Below are positions 49,501 through 64,000 of a stretch of DNA of 64,000 nucleotides, one piece after another. The notes below the pieces were generated by a model. It did not search any database. It was not told the origin of the DNA and saw only the letters and a program-made list of their open reading frames with translations. Source of the stretch: Escherichia phage RB3; the sequence record KM606994, one strand, 5' to 3'. A program made the translations under genes and the position numbers. Positions within the stretch are counted from its first letter, which is position 1; each line of letters opens with the position of its first letter.

Positions 49501-49634
49501 TAATGAGTCCCCTATTTGATGCTTCTGGAACAACATTTGCGCAATTTAGAGATTTAGTTAATAAACGTCTAAAAGATAATATAGGAAATCCAAGAGACCC
49601 TGAAAATCCAACACAGGTTAAAATAGATGAATGA
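46536..49634 (+). CDS. 7: Baseplate wedge protein gp7
   Basis: 1032 aa. Confidence 0.9.
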   Translation: MTVKAPSATSLRISKLSANQVQVRWDDVGANFYYFVEIAETKTDSGENLPSDQYRWINLGYTANNSFFFDDADPLTSYIIRVATAAQDFEQSDWVYTEEFETFATNAYTFQNLIEMQLANKFIQEKFTLNNSNYVNFNNDTIIAALMNESFQFSPSYVDVSSISNFIIGENEYHEIQGSIQQVCKDINRVYLMESEGILYLFERYQPVVKVSNDKGQTWKAVKLFNDRVGYPLSKTVYYQSASTTYVLGYDKIFYGRKFTDVRWSADDVRFSSQDITFAKLGDQLHLGFDVEIFGTYATLPANVYRIAEAITCTDDYIYVVARDKVRYIKTSNAPIDSDPLSPTYSERLFEPDTMTITGNPKAVCYKMDSIGDKVFALIIGEVETLNANPRTSKIIDSADKGIYVLNHDMKTWKRVFGNTEEERRRIQPGYANMSTDGKLVSLSSSNFKFLSDNVVNDPETAAKYQLIGAVKYEFPREWLADKHYHMMAFIADEKSDWETFTLQPMKYYAEPFFNWSKKSNTRCWINNSDRAVVVYADLKYTKVIENIPETSPDRLVHEYWDDGDCTIVMPNVKFTGFKKYASGMLFYKSSGEIISYYDFNYRVRDTVEIIWKPTGIFLKAFLQNQERETPWSPEEEHGLADPDLRPLIGTMMPDSYLLQDSNFEAFCEAYIQYLSDGYGTQYNNLRNLIRNQYPREEHAWEYLWSEIYKRNIYLNADKRDAVARFFESRSYDFYSTKGIEASYKFLFKVLYNEEVEIEIESGAGTEYDIIVQSDSLTEDLVGQTIYTATGRCNVTYIERSYSNGKLQWTVTIHNLLGRLIAGQEVKAERLPSFEGEIIRGVKGKDLLQNNIDYINRSRSYYVMKIKSNLPSSRWKSDVIRFVHPVGFGFIAITLLTMFINVGLTLKHTETIINKYKNYKWDSGLPTEYADRVAKLTPTGEIEYDSVTGEAIYEPGPMAGVEYPLPDDYNAENNNSIFQGQLPSERRKLMSPLFDASGTTFAQFRDLVNKRLKDNIGNPRDPENPTQVKIDE

Positions 49635-50631
49635 TTCAAGTGTTATCTATCGTGCGATAGTTACTTCAAAATTTAGAACAGAAAAAATGTTGAATTTTTA
49701 TAATTCAATTGGAAGTGGTCCGGATAAAAACACTATCTTTATCACATTTGGAAGATCAGAACCGTGGTCATCAAATGAAAATGAGGTGGGCTTTGCCCCA
49801 CCTTATCCAACCGATTCTGTATTAGGCGTAACTGACATGTGGACGCATATGATGGGAACCGTAAAGGTTCTTCCATCAATGCTTGATGCAGTTATTCCTC
49901 GTCGAGATTGGGGAGATACTAGATATCCGGATCCGTATACATTTAGAATTAACGATATTATAGTGTGTAACTCAGCTCCTTACAACGCTACTGAATCAGG
50001 CGCAGGCTGGTTAGTATATCGTTGTTTAGATGTTCCTGATACTGGAATGTGTTCAATCGCATCTTTAACTGATAAGGATGAATGCCTTAAATTAGGCGGA
50101 AAATGGACACCTTCTGTTAGGTCAATGACTCCTCCTGAAGGTCGAGGAGATGCTGAAGGAACAATTGAACCTGGGGACGGGTATGTATGGGAATATCTTT
50201 TTGAGATTCCGCCTGATGTATCTATAAATAGATGCACGAATGAATATATCGTGGTTCCTTGGCCTGAGGAATTAAAAGAAGACCCGACTAGATGGGGATA
50301 TGAAGATAATCTCACTTGGCAACAAGATGATTTTGGATTAATTTACCGGGTTAAGGCAAATACTATCCGTTTTAAAGCATATTTAGATTCAGTTTATTTT
50401 CCTGATGCTGCATTGCCAGGAAATAAAGGATTTAGACAAATATCAATAATCACGAATCCTCTTGAAGCTAAAGCTCATCCAAATGACCCAAACGTTAAAG
50501 CTGAAAAGGATTATTATGACCCAGAAGATTTAATGAGGCATTCGGGCGAAATGATTTATATGGAAAATAGGCCACCTATTATTATGGCAATGGATCAAAC
50601 AGAAGAAATCAATATTCTGTTTACATTTTAA
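49627..50631 (+). CDS. 8: Baseplate wedge protein gp8
   Basis: 334 aa. Confidence 0.9.
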   Translation: MNDSSVIYRAIVTSKFRTEKMLNFYNSIGSGPDKNTIFITFGRSEPWSSNENEVGFAPPYPTDSVLGVTDMWTHMMGTVKVLPSMLDAVIPRRDWGDTRYPDPYTFRINDIIVCNSAPYNATESGAGWLVYRCLDVPDTGMCSIASLTDKDECLKLGGKWTPSVRSMTPPEGRGDAEGTIEPGDGYVWEYLFEIPPDVSINRCTNEYIVVPWPEELKEDPTRWGYEDNLTWQQDDFGLIYRVKANTIRFKAYLDSVYFPDAALPGNKGFRQISIITNPLEAKAHPNDPNVKAEKDYYDPEDLMRHSGEMIYMENRPPIIMAMDQTEEINILFTF

Positions 50632-50636
50632 ATTAA

Positions 50637-50660
50637 GGGAGCCCATGGGCTCCCTTTTTT
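50637..50660 (+). terminator. Intrinsic terminator after gene 8
   Basis: Palindrome gggagcccatgggctccc followed by tttttt. Confidence 0.7.
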
Positions 50661-50663
50661 CTT

Positions 50664-50671
50664 TATAAATA
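50664..50671 (+). promoter_or_regulatory. Late promoter TATAAATA upstream of gene 9
   Basis: Exact tataaata 25 nt upstream of the gene 9 ATG. Confidence 0.65.
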
Positions 50672-50695
50672 TTATAAACTCATAAGGAAACCGCT

Positions 50696-51562
50696 ATGTT
50701 CATTCAAGAACCAAAGAAATTGATTGATACCGGCGAAATTGGTAACGCTTCTACTGGTGATATCTTATTCGACGGTGGTAATAAAATTAATAGTGATTTT
50801 AACGCAATTTATAATGCGTTTGGCGATCAGCGTAAAATGGCAGTAGCAAATGGCACTGGAGCAGATGGTCAAATTATCCATGCTACTGGGTATTATCAAA
50901 AACACTCTATTACAGAGTACGCAACTCCAGTGAAAGTTGGCACTAGACATGATATTGATACCTCTACTGTAGGTGTTAAAGTTATCATTGAAAGAGGCGA
51001 ACTTGGCGACTGTGTTGAATTTATTAACTCTAATGGATCAATATCAGTTACTAATCCTTTAACTATTCAAGCTATTGATTCAATTAAAGGCGTTTCAGGT
51101 AATTTAGTAGTAACTAGTCCATATAGTAAAGTTACTTTACGTTGTATTTCATCTGATAATTCTACGTCGGTTTGGAATTATTCTATTGAAAGTATGTTTG
51201 GCCAAAAGGAATCACCGGCCGAAGGTACATGGAATATTTCTACGTCTGGATCAGTTGACATTCCGCTATTTCATCGTACTGAATATAACATGGCTAAATT
51301 GTTAGTTACATGCCAATCAGTAGATGGAAGAAAAATTAAAACAGCAGAAATAAATATTCTTGTAGATACTGTTAATTCAGAGGTCATTTCTTCTGAATAT
51401 GCTGTCATGCGGGTTGGGAATGAAACCGAAGAAGACGAAATCGCTAATATTGCATTTAGTATTAAAACAAATTATGTAACGGCGACTATAAGTTCTTCAA
51501 CTGTCGGTATGAGAGCAGCAGTTAAAGTTATCGCTACGCAGAAAATCGGGGTGGCTCAATAA
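50696..51562 (+). CDS. 9: Baseplate protein gp9 (long tail fibre socket)
   Basis: 288 aa. Confidence 0.9.
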   Translation: MFIQEPKKLIDTGEIGNASTGDILFDGGNKINSDFNAIYNAFGDQRKMAVANGTGADGQIIHATGYYQKHSITEYATPVKVGTRHDIDTSTVGVKVIIERGELGDCVEFINSNGSISVTNPLTIQAIDSIKGVSGNLVVTSPYSKVTLRCISSDNSTSVWNYSIESMFGQKESPAEGTWNISTSGSVDIPLFHRTEYNMAKLLVTCQSVDGRKIKTAEINILVDTVNSEVISSEYAVMRVGNETEEDEIANIAFSIKTNYVTATISSSTVGMRAAVKVIATQKIGVAQ

Positions 51563-53367
51563 TGAAACAAAATATTAATATCGGTAATGTTGTTGATGAT
51601 GGTACCGGTGACTACCTGCGTAAAGGTGGTATAAAAATAAATGAAAACTTTGATGAGCTTTATTACGAGCTTGGTGATGGAGATGTTCCATATTCAGCCG
51701 GTGCCTGGAAAACTTATAATGCTTCATCTGGTCAAACATTAAAAGCTAAGTGGGGAAAATCATACGCTATTAATACCTCTTCTGGAAGAGTAACTTTACA
51801 ACTTCCTAAAGGAACTGTTAATGATTATAATAAAGTAATTAGAGCTAGGGATGTATTTGCAACATGGAACATTAATCCAGTTACTTTAGTAGCCGCTTCT
51901 GGTGATACTATCAAAGGATCATCGTCATCGGTTGAAATTAACGTTCAATTTAGTGATTTAGAGCTAGTTTATTGCGCTCCGGGCCGTTGGGAATATGTCA
52001 AAAATAAACAAATTGACAAAATTATTAGTTCAGACATTAGCAATGTAGCTCGTAAAGAATTTTTAGTCGAAGTTCAAGGACAAACAGACTTTTTAGATAT
52101 TTTCCGTGGAACTAGCTATAATGTTAATAACATCCGAGTAAAACATCGTGGTAACGAATTATATTACGGCGATGTATTTAGTGAAAACAGTGACTTTGGC
52201 TCTCCAGGGGAAAATGAAGGAGAACTAATTCCTCTCGATGGATTTAATATTAGGCTAAGACAGCCATGTAATATTGGTGACACTGTTCAAATTGAAACAT
52301 TTATGGATGGTGTATCACAATGGAGAAGTTCATATACAAGACGCCAAATAAAAGTACTAGATTCAAAACTAACATCAAAGACTTCATTAGAAGGAAGTAT
52401 TTACGTTACTGATTTATCGACGATGAAATCAATTCCATTTTCCGCTTTTGGATTAATTCCTGGTGAACCTATTAATCCTAACTCTCTTGAGGTTCGTTTT
52501 AATGGAATTTTACAGCAACAAGCTGGAACAGCTGGATATCCTCTGTTTTTGTGTGAAGGCGCTAGTTCAGATACGCAAGAAGGATGTATATCTCTTGGTG
52601 GTGAATGGAAAGAATCAAACACAGATTATTCTATAGAATATGAAGATGGAAAACCTACCAGTCTTTTATTTGATAGAAAATTTGAATCAGGCGATATAAT
52701 CGTTATAACGTGGTTCAATAATGATTTAGGAACTCTTTTAGAAAAAGATGACATTATTGAATTAACGGATGACCGTTATGTTAGCAAAGGATCATCTACC
52801 GAAGTTACTGGTGATGTAGCCTTAACGGATTTTGATAAAATCGGTTGGCCAAATGTTGAAAAAGTTGATTCTTATACTAGAACGTATAATTCAATATCAT
52901 CTATTTTCGATAGCATTTATCCTGTAGGTTCAATTTATGAAAATGCTATAAATCCAAATAATCCGGCGACTTATATGGGATTTGGTTCATGGAAATTATT
53001 TGGTAAAGGACAGGTTTTAGTAGGATGGAATGATGATGTTACGGATCCAAACTTTGCTTTAAACAATAATGATTTAGATTCTAGCGGAAATCCTTCACAT
53101 ACTGCCGGTGGAACAGTTGGAACAACAACAGTGACACTTGAGAATGCAAATCTTCCTGCGACTAAAACTGATGAAAGGGTTTTAATTGAAGATGAAAATG
53201 GATCAGTTATTATTGGAGGTTGTCAATATGACCCAGACGAAACTGGTCCTATATATACAAAATATCGTGAAGACTACGCAACAACAAACTCTTCACATAC
53301 TCCTCCTGCTAATATTAGTAATATTCAACCGTCTATTACTGTATACCGTTGGATAAGGATTGCATAA
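51562..53367 (+). CDS. 10: Baseplate wedge protein gp10
   Basis: 601 aa. Confidence 0.9.
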   Translation: MKQNINIGNVVDDGTGDYLRKGGIKINENFDELYYELGDGDVPYSAGAWKTYNASSGQTLKAKWGKSYAINTSSGRVTLQLPKGTVNDYNKVIRARDVFATWNINPVTLVAASGDTIKGSSSSVEINVQFSDLELVYCAPGRWEYVKNKQIDKIISSDISNVARKEFLVEVQGQTDFLDIFRGTSYNVNNIRVKHRGNELYYGDVFSENSDFGSPGENEGELIPLDGFNIRLRQPCNIGDTVQIETFMDGVSQWRSSYTRRQIKVLDSKLTSKTSLEGSIYVTDLSTMKSIPFSAFGLIPGEPINPNSLEVRFNGILQQQAGTAGYPLFLCEGASSDTQEGCISLGGEWKESNTDYSIEYEDGKPTSLLFDRKFESGDIIVITWFNNDLGTLLEKDDIIELTDDRYVSKGSSTEVTGDVALTDFDKIGWPNVEKVDSYTRTYNSISSIFDSIYPVGSIYENAINPNNPATYMGFGSWKLFGKGQVLVGWNDDVTDPNFALNNNDLDSSGNPSHTAGGTVGTTTVTLENANLPATKTDERVLIEDENGSVIIGGCQYDPDETGPIYTKYREDYATTNSSHTPPANISNIQPSITVYRWIRIA

Positions 53368-54026
53368 TGAGTTTACTTAATAATAAAGCGGGAGTTATTT
53401 CCCGCTTAGCAGATTTTCTTGGTTTTAGAACTAAGAAAAATGATATTTCGGTTATGAATAATCAGCCAGTAGGCGCTGTAACAATTTCACAAATAGCAAA
53501 AGGTTTTTATGACCCAAATGTAGAATCTGCTATCAATGATGTTAGAAATATGGCAGAGCAACAGGTTGGAGCTGTATTAGTTAATATAAGCGGCGTATCT
53601 CCTACTGGCGTGCAACAAACCGACTATTGGTCATTTGAAGGAACTGTTACTGATACTTCAGACAAACCAGGTGACCCAGTTATTGTTAACATGTTTGGTA
53701 TTCCAGTTAAAGCTACTAATGGAATGACTTCAATTGAATTTACTAGTGCTGTTAGAACAGCTCTACAGGAAATGGTTGTAAAATTTATTGCAATTGATTC
53801 ATTTGAAGACCATCCTACTATAGGAAATAAAATACAAGTTAAGTATTTAGATAACCAAGAACATATCTTAGAGCAATACTCTGATAAAGGAATTACTTTC
53901 AAACAAGAAATAATTTCTCCTTCTAAACCTGGGTACGGAACTTGGCAATTATTAGGTGCGCAAACTGTCACGCTAGATAGTCACACACAACCTACAGTAT
54001 TTTATTATTTTGAGAGAATAGCATGA
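53367..54026 (+). CDS. 11: Baseplate wedge protein gp11 (short tail fibre attachment)
   Basis: Start at ATG 53367 ([20 protein letters not shown]...), overlapping the gene 10 stop (TAATG); 219 aa. Confidence 0.9.
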   Translation: MSLLNNKAGVISRLADFLGFRTKKNDISVMNNQPVGAVTISQIAKGFYDPNVESAINDVRNMAEQQVGAVLVNISGVSPTGVQQTDYWSFEGTVTDTSDKPGDPVIVNMFGIPVKATNGMTSIEFTSAVRTALQEMVVKFIAIDSFEDHPTIGNKIQVKYLDNQEHILEQYSDKGITFKQEIISPSKPGYGTWQLLGAQTVTLDSHTQPTVFYYFERIA

Positions 54027-55579
54027 GTAACAATACATATCAGCACGTATCAAATGAATCAAAATATGTTAAATTCGATCCAGTAGGATCGAATTTTCCT
54101 GACACTGTTACGACAGTGCAGTCTGCATTATCAAAAATAAGTAATATCGGCGTAAATGGTATTCCTGATGCAACTATGGAAGTTAAAGGAATAGCAATGA
54201 TTGCATCAGAGCAAGAGGTTTTAGATGGAACAAATAATTCTAAAATCGTTACACCAGCTACATTAGCAACAAGATTATTGTATCCAAATGCTACTGAAAC
54301 TAAATATGGTTTAACGCGCTATTCAACAAATGAAGAAACATTAGAAGGCTCAGATAATAATTCATCAATAACGCCGCAAAAACTGAAATACCACACTGAC
54401 GATGTGTTCCAAAATAGATATTCGTCTGAGTCATCAAACGGGGTTATTAAAATATCATCTACACCTGCAGCTTTAGCTGGAGTTGATGATACTACGGCAA
54501 TGACTCCATTAAAAACACAAAAACTTGCAATAAAATTAATTTCACAAATAGCTCCTTCAGAAGACACTGCAACAGAATCTGTGAGAGGAGTAGTTCAATT
54601 ATCTACTGTTGCACAAACTCGTCAAGGAACTCTCCGCGAAGGATATGCAATTTCTCCGTATACCTTTATGAATTCTGTTGCAACACAAGAATATAAGGGT
54701 GTTATACGTTTAGGAACACAATCGGAAATTAACAGTAATTTGGGAGATGTTGCAGTAACAGGTGAAACACTAAATGGTCGAGGAGCTACTGGTTCTATGC
54801 GCGGAGTAGTTAAATTAACGACGCAAGCCGGTATTGCCCCTGAAGGTGATAGTTCTGGAGCATTAGCATGGAACGCAGATGTAATTAATACTCGTGGTGG
54901 ACAAACTATTAATGGTTCTTTAAATTTAGATCATCTCACAGCAAATGGAATTTGGTCGCGCGGTGGAATGTGGAAAAATGGCGATCAGCCAGTTGCGACA
55001 GAACGTTATGCATCAGAAAGAGTTCCGGTTGGGACTATTATGATGTTTGCGGGAGATTCGGCACCTCCGGGTTGGATTATGTGCCACGGTGGAACAGTGT
55101 CAGGTGACCAATTTCCTGATTATAGAAACGTAGTTGGAACAAGATTTGGTGGGGATTGGAATAATCCAGGGATTCCTGATATGCGAGGTCTTTTCGTCAG
55201 AGGAGCCGGCACAGGCGGTCATATTTTAAATCAACGTGGACAAGATGGCTATGGAAAGGATAGACTGGGCGTAGGATGTGACGGAATGCATGTTGGTGGT
55301 GTTCAGGCACAACAAATGTCATACCATAAACATGCTGGTGCCTGGGGGGAAAATGGAAATAACAGAGGTTATGCACCGTTTGGCGCATCTAATGGCAATG
55401 GATATTTGGGCAATGGTAGAAGCGCCGACTGGGACAACCATTTGTTCTTTACTAATGACGGATTTGAAATGGGTGGTCCTCGTGACTCGTTCGGCACGTT
55501 AAATCGCGAAGGATTAATTGGTTATGAAACTAGACCATGGAATATATCATTAAACTATATTATTAAAATTCATTACTAA
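54023..55579 (+). CDS. 12: Short tail fibre protein gp12
   Basis: 518 aa. Confidence 0.9.
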   Translation: MSNNTYQHVSNESKYVKFDPVGSNFPDTVTTVQSALSKISNIGVNGIPDATMEVKGIAMIASEQEVLDGTNNSKIVTPATLATRLLYPNATETKYGLTRYSTNEETLEGSDNNSSITPQKLKYHTDDVFQNRYSSESSNGVIKISSTPAALAGVDDTTAMTPLKTQKLAIKLISQIAPSEDTATESVRGVVQLSTVAQTRQGTLREGYAISPYTFMNSVATQEYKGVIRLGTQSEINSNLGDVAVTGETLNGRGATGSMRGVVKLTTQAGIAPEGDSSGALAWNADVINTRGGQTINGSLNLDHLTANGIWSRGGMWKNGDQPVATERYASERVPVGTIMMFAGDSAPPGWIMCHGGTVSGDQFPDYRNVVGTRFGGDWNNPGIPDMRGLFVRGAGTGGHILNQRGQDGYGKDRLGVGCDGMHVGGVQAQQMSYHKHAGAWGENGNNRGYAPFGASNGNGYLGNGRSADWDNHLFFTNDGFEMGGPRDSFGTLNREGLIGYETRPWNISLNYIIKIHY

Positions 55580-55588
55580 GGATTACAA

Positions 55589-57046
55589 ATGATTGAATTA
55601 AAAGAGTTACCTTTTGTTGATAGCGTTCCTGGCGAAGGTCAGGAACGTATTTCATGGATTAAAAATGGTGAAGAAATATTAGGAGCTAGTACTAAGTATG
55701 GAAACGATGGGTCAATGAATAGACCAATTGTTTCCGTGTTTAAAAACGTCGAGGTTCTTGATGAAAATGTGGGAATTCTTAAAACTGCCATTGAAACATC
55801 ACAGAAAGATATTAAAACAATTCAAGGAGTTTTAGATGTATCAGGAGATATAGAAGCACTATCGCAGATCAGTGTTAATAAAAATGACATATCAAATTTA
55901 AAGACACTTACTAATGAACACACTGATATATTAACTGGAACTAATAATACAGTTGACAAAATTATTGCTGATATAGGTCCATTTAATGATGAAGAAAATT
56001 CTGTTTATAGAACAATTAGAAATGATTTATTGTGGATTAAACAAGAACTAGGGCAATATTCTGGCCAAGACATTAACGGTCTTCCTGTTGTTGGTAATGC
56101 TAGCACAGGAATGAAACATAGAATAATAACAAATAGTACATTATTATCTTCACAAGGCATTCGTTTAAGTGAATTAGAAAATAAATTTACTGAATCTGAC
56201 GTAGGATCATTGACGGTTGAAGTTGGTAAATTACGCGATGAACTTGGTAATAAACCAGTAGATTTTGGGCCAAATATTTATAATAGATTAAGCATTATAG
56301 ATGATAAACAGTCTTTAATAAATTCTGATATAGCAGAAATTAAATCTTCTATTGGATATCCAGAAAATGTTTCTATAATAACAGAAATTAATAATAACAA
56401 AAGTAGCATTGAAGCTATTAATAATGAATTAAATCAGAGTGAAGGTGTTAAACAACGCTTAACATCTATTGAAACTTCTATTGGTTCAGATGATATTCCT
56501 TCTAGTATTAAAGGAAAAATTAAAAATCACACAACTTCTATTGAGTCTTTAAACGGAATTGTTGGTGAAAACACTTCGTCTGGATTAAGAGCGAATGTTT
56601 CGTGGTTAAATCAAATTGTTGGAACTGACTCTAGCGGAGGACAGCCATCTCCTTCTGGGTCTCTATTAAATAAAGTTTCAGTGATTGAAGGAGAAGTTTC
56701 AGTTTTAAACAATAATGTTCAAAATATACAGGTCGAAATAGGAAATAATAAAACAGGAATTAAAGTCCAAGTTATTGAACTCACTTCACTTATAAATGGA
56801 AATAATCCTGACGGATCAACTGTTGAAGAACGAGGATTAACTAATTCTGTAAAAACGAATGAAACCAACATTGCGGCAGTCACACATGAAGTAAATACAG
56901 CTAAAGACAATATATCCTCTTTACAGAGCAGCGTTCAAGCTCTACAAGAAGCAGGTTATATTCCTGAAGCTCCAAAAGATGGCCAAGCTTACGTTCGTAA
57001 AGACGGCGAATGGGTACTACTTTCTACCTTTTTATCACCAGCATAA
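55589..57046 (+). CDS. wac: Fibritin (whisker)
   Basis: 485 aa coiled-coil ending in the foldon [27 protein letters not shown]. Confidence 0.95.
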   Translation: MIELKELPFVDSVPGEGQERISWIKNGEEILGASTKYGNDGSMNRPIVSVFKNVEVLDENVGILKTAIETSQKDIKTIQGVLDVSGDIEALSQISVNKNDISNLKTLTNEHTDILTGTNNTVDKIIADIGPFNDEENSVYRTIRNDLLWIKQELGQYSGQDINGLPVVGNASTGMKHRIITNSTLLSSQGIRLSELENKFTESDVGSLTVEVGKLRDELGNKPVDFGPNIYNRLSIIDDKQSLINSDIAEIKSSIGYPENVSIITEINNNKSSIEAINNELNQSEGVKQRLTSIETSIGSDDIPSSIKGKIKNHTTSIESLNGIVGENTSSGLRANVSWLNQIVGTDSSGGQPSPSGSLLNKVSVIEGEVSVLNNNVQNIQVEIGNNKTGIKVQVIELTSLINGNNPDGSTVEERGLTNSVKTNETNIAAVTHEVNTAKDNISSLQSSVQALQEAGYIPEAPKDGQAYVRKDGEWVLLSTFLSPA

Positions 57047-57049
57047 CAT

Positions 57050-57065
57050 GGGGCCGCAAGGCCCC
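57050..57065 (+). promoter_or_regulatory. GCAA-tetraloop hairpin after wac
   Basis: ggggcc-gcaa-ggcccc. Confidence 0.5.
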
Positions 57066-57077
57066 AAAGGATTTTAA

Positions 57078-58779
<1,702 letters not shown>

Positions 58780-58820
58780 TAAATATTATAAACTAATTAA
58801 AGCCCAGATTAGGAGAAATC

Positions 58821-61961
<3,141 letters not shown>

Positions 61962-61989
61962 TATTAAAGCATATTAAAGAGGATTAAAA

Positions 61990-63969
61990 ATGACTTTATT
62001 ATCTCCGGGCATTGAGCTCAAAGAAACTACGGTTCAAAGCACCGTGGTTAATAACTCTACTGGTACAGCAGCTTTGGCCGGTAAATTCCAGTGGGGTCCT
62101 GCTTTTCAGATTAAACAGGTTACAAATGAAGTAGATTTAGTTAATACTTTTGGTCAACCAACCGCTGAAACTGCTGACTATTTTATGTCTGCGATGAATT
62201 TCTTGCAGTACGGAAATGACTTACGAGTAGTTCGTGCTGTTGATAGAGATACCGCTAAAAACTCATCGCCAATTGCTGGTAATATTGAATACACAATTTC
62301 TACCCCAGGTAGTAACTATGCGGTTGGAGATAAAATCACGGTCAAATATGTTTCAGATGATATTGAAACTGAAGGTAAAATTACCGAAGTAGACGCAGAT
62401 GGAAAAATTAAGAAAATTAATATTCCTACTGCAAAAATTATCGCTAAAGCGAAAGAAGTCGGTGAATATCCAGCACTAGGTTCTAACTGGACTGCGGAAA
62501 TTTCTTCGTCTTCCTCTGGTTTAGCTGCAGTAATAACTCTTGGAAAAATTATTACTGATTCTGGTATTTTATTAGCTGAAATTGAAAATGCTGAAGCTGC
62601 TATGACAGCGGTTGACTTTCAAGCAAGTCTCGAAAAATACGGAATTCCAGGAGTAGTAGCTCTTTATCCAGGCGAATTAGGCGATAAAATTGAAATTGAA
62701 ATCGTATCTAAAGCTGACTATGCAAAAGGAGCTTCTGCATTACTCCCAATTTATCCGGGCGGTGGTACTCGTGCATCTACTGCTAAAGCAGTGTTTGGAT
62801 ATGGACCACAAACTGATTCACAGTACGCTATTATAGTTCGTCGTAATGATGCTATTGTTCAAAGCGTTGTTCTTTCAACTAAGCGTGGTGAAAAAGATAT
62901 TTACGATAGTAACATCTATATCGATGACTTTTTCGCAAAAGGTGGTTCAGAATATATTTTTGCAACTGCACAAAACTGGCCAGAAGGATTCTCTGGAATT
63001 TTAACTCTGTCTGGTGGATTATCATCAAATGCTGAAGTAACAGCAGGAGATTTGATGGAAGCTTGGGACTTCTTTGCTGACCGTGAATCTGTTGATGTTC
63101 AACTGTTTATTGCAGGTTCTTGTGCTGGTGAATCTTTAGAAACAGCATCTACTGTCCAAAAACACGTCGTTTCAATCGGGGATGCTCGTCAAGATTGCTT
63201 AGTATTGTGCTCTCCTCCGCGTGAAACTGTAGTTGGAATTCCTGTAACTCGCGCTGTTGACAACTTAGTCAACTGGAGAACCGCAACAGGTTCATACACT
63301 GATAATAACTTTAATATCAGTTCAACCTATGCAGCAATTGATGGTAACTATAAGTATCAGTATGACAAATATAATGATGTGAATCGTTGGGTTCCATTAG
63401 CAGCTGATATTGCTGGTTTATGCGCAAGAACTGATAACGTATCTCAGACTTGGATGTCTCCAGCTGGTTATAATCGTGGTCAGATTCTTAACGTTATTAA
63501 ACTGGCTATTGAAACTCGCCAGGCTCAGCGCGACCGTTTATACCAAGAAGCTATCAACCCAGTAACTGGTACAGGTGGTGATGGTTACGTATTGTATGGT
63601 GATAAAACAGCTACTTCTGTTCCTTCTCCATTTGATCGTATTAACGTTCGTCGTCTGTTTAATATGTTGAAAACGAATATCGGACGTAGTTCAAAATATC
63701 GTTTGTTCGAATTAAACAACGCGTTTACTCGTTCATCATTCCGCACAGAAACTGCCCAATACTTACAGGGAATTAAAGCTCTCGGTGGAATTTATGAATA
63801 TCGTGTAGTTTGCGATACAACAAATAACACTCCGTCAGTAATTGATAGAAATGAGTTTGTTGCAACATTCTACATCCAACCGGCGCGCAGTATAAATTAT
63901 ATTACTTTGAATTTCGTCGCAACTGCTACTGGTGCAGATTTCGATGAGTTAACTGGTCTTGCAGGTTAA
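61990..63969 (+). CDS. 18: Tail sheath protein gp18
   Basis: 659 aa. Confidence 0.95.
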   Translation: MTLLSPGIELKETTVQSTVVNNSTGTAALAGKFQWGPAFQIKQVTNEVDLVNTFGQPTAETADYFMSAMNFLQYGNDLRVVRAVDRDTAKNSSPIAGNIEYTISTPGSNYAVGDKITVKYVSDDIETEGKITEVDADGKIKKINIPTAKIIAKAKEVGEYPALGSNWTAEISSSSSGLAAVITLGKIITDSGILLAEIENAEAAMTAVDFQASLEKYGIPGVVALYPGELGDKIEIEIVSKADYAKGASALLPIYPGGGTRASTAKAVFGYGPQTDSQYAIIVRRNDAIVQSVVLSTKRGEKDIYDSNIYIDDFFAKGGSEYIFATAQNWPEGFSGILTLSGGLSSNAEVTAGDLMEAWDFFADRESVDVQLFIAGSCAGESLETASTVQKHVVSIGDARQDCLVLCSPPRETVVGIPVTRAVDNLVNWRTATGSYTDNNFNISSTYAAIDGNYKYQYDKYNDVNRWVPLAADIAGLCARTDNVSQTWMSPAGYNRGQILNVIKLAIETRQAQRDRLYQEAINPVTGTGGDGYVLYGDKTATSVPSPFDRINVRRLFNMLKTNIGRSSKYRLFELNNAFTRSSFRTETAQYLQGIKALGGIYEYRVVCDTTNNTPSVIDRNEFVATFYIQPARSINYITLNFVATATGADFDELTGLAG

Positions 63970-63976
63970 TTGATAT

Positions 63977-63990
63977 GGGGCTTCGGCCCC
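63977..63990 (+). promoter_or_regulatory. C(UUCG)G hairpin after gene 18
   Basis: ggggc-ttcg-gcccc immediately after the gene 18 stop. Confidence 0.6.
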
Positions 63991-64000
63991 TATTCTCGAG

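Overview
This window is a segment of a T4-like (T-even, Tequatrovirus-type) myovirus genome, close to but not identical with T4 (the lysozyme and other proteins differ at a few residues from the T4 sequences as I remember them; nrdD is one continuous ORF). Positions 1-41376 are an early/middle gene block on the minus strand, in map order 46, 47, a-gt, 55, nrdH, nrdG, nrdD, 49, nrdC, a ~9.5 kb nrdC-mobD accessory block, rI, tk, regB, an ipIII-like gene, e, nudE, a 10-tRNA array, an ipI-type internal-protein locus, 57B (acb1), 57A, 1, 3, 2, 4. Positions 41424-63969 are late structural and packaging genes on the plus strand: 53, 5, 5.4, 6-12, wac, 13-18. The minus-strand block is punctuated by T4-type early promoters (GTTTAC ... 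TGGTATAAT), many in a repeated cassette, and by C(UUCG)G intercistronic hairpins; late TATAAATA promoters precede e, 4, 53, 9 and 18. The most interesting candidates are: a tandem family of four paralogous ~300-340 aa proteins with C-terminal coiled-coil tails (12999-16979); a split P-loop NTPase gene where I expected denV/ipII (29339-30207); a GIY-YIG homing endonuclease interrupted at a 12-nt poly-G tract (18402-19128); an intact GIY-YIG gene wedged between nrdD and nrdG; an AAA+ ATPase plus nucleotidyltransferase-fold pair; a macro-domain protein; three paralogous small membrane proteins next to a PspA-like coiled-coil protein; and two promoter-bearing internal-protein cassettes flanked by ~95-nt direct repeats. 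All homology calls are from motif reading and memory of T4, not from searches.
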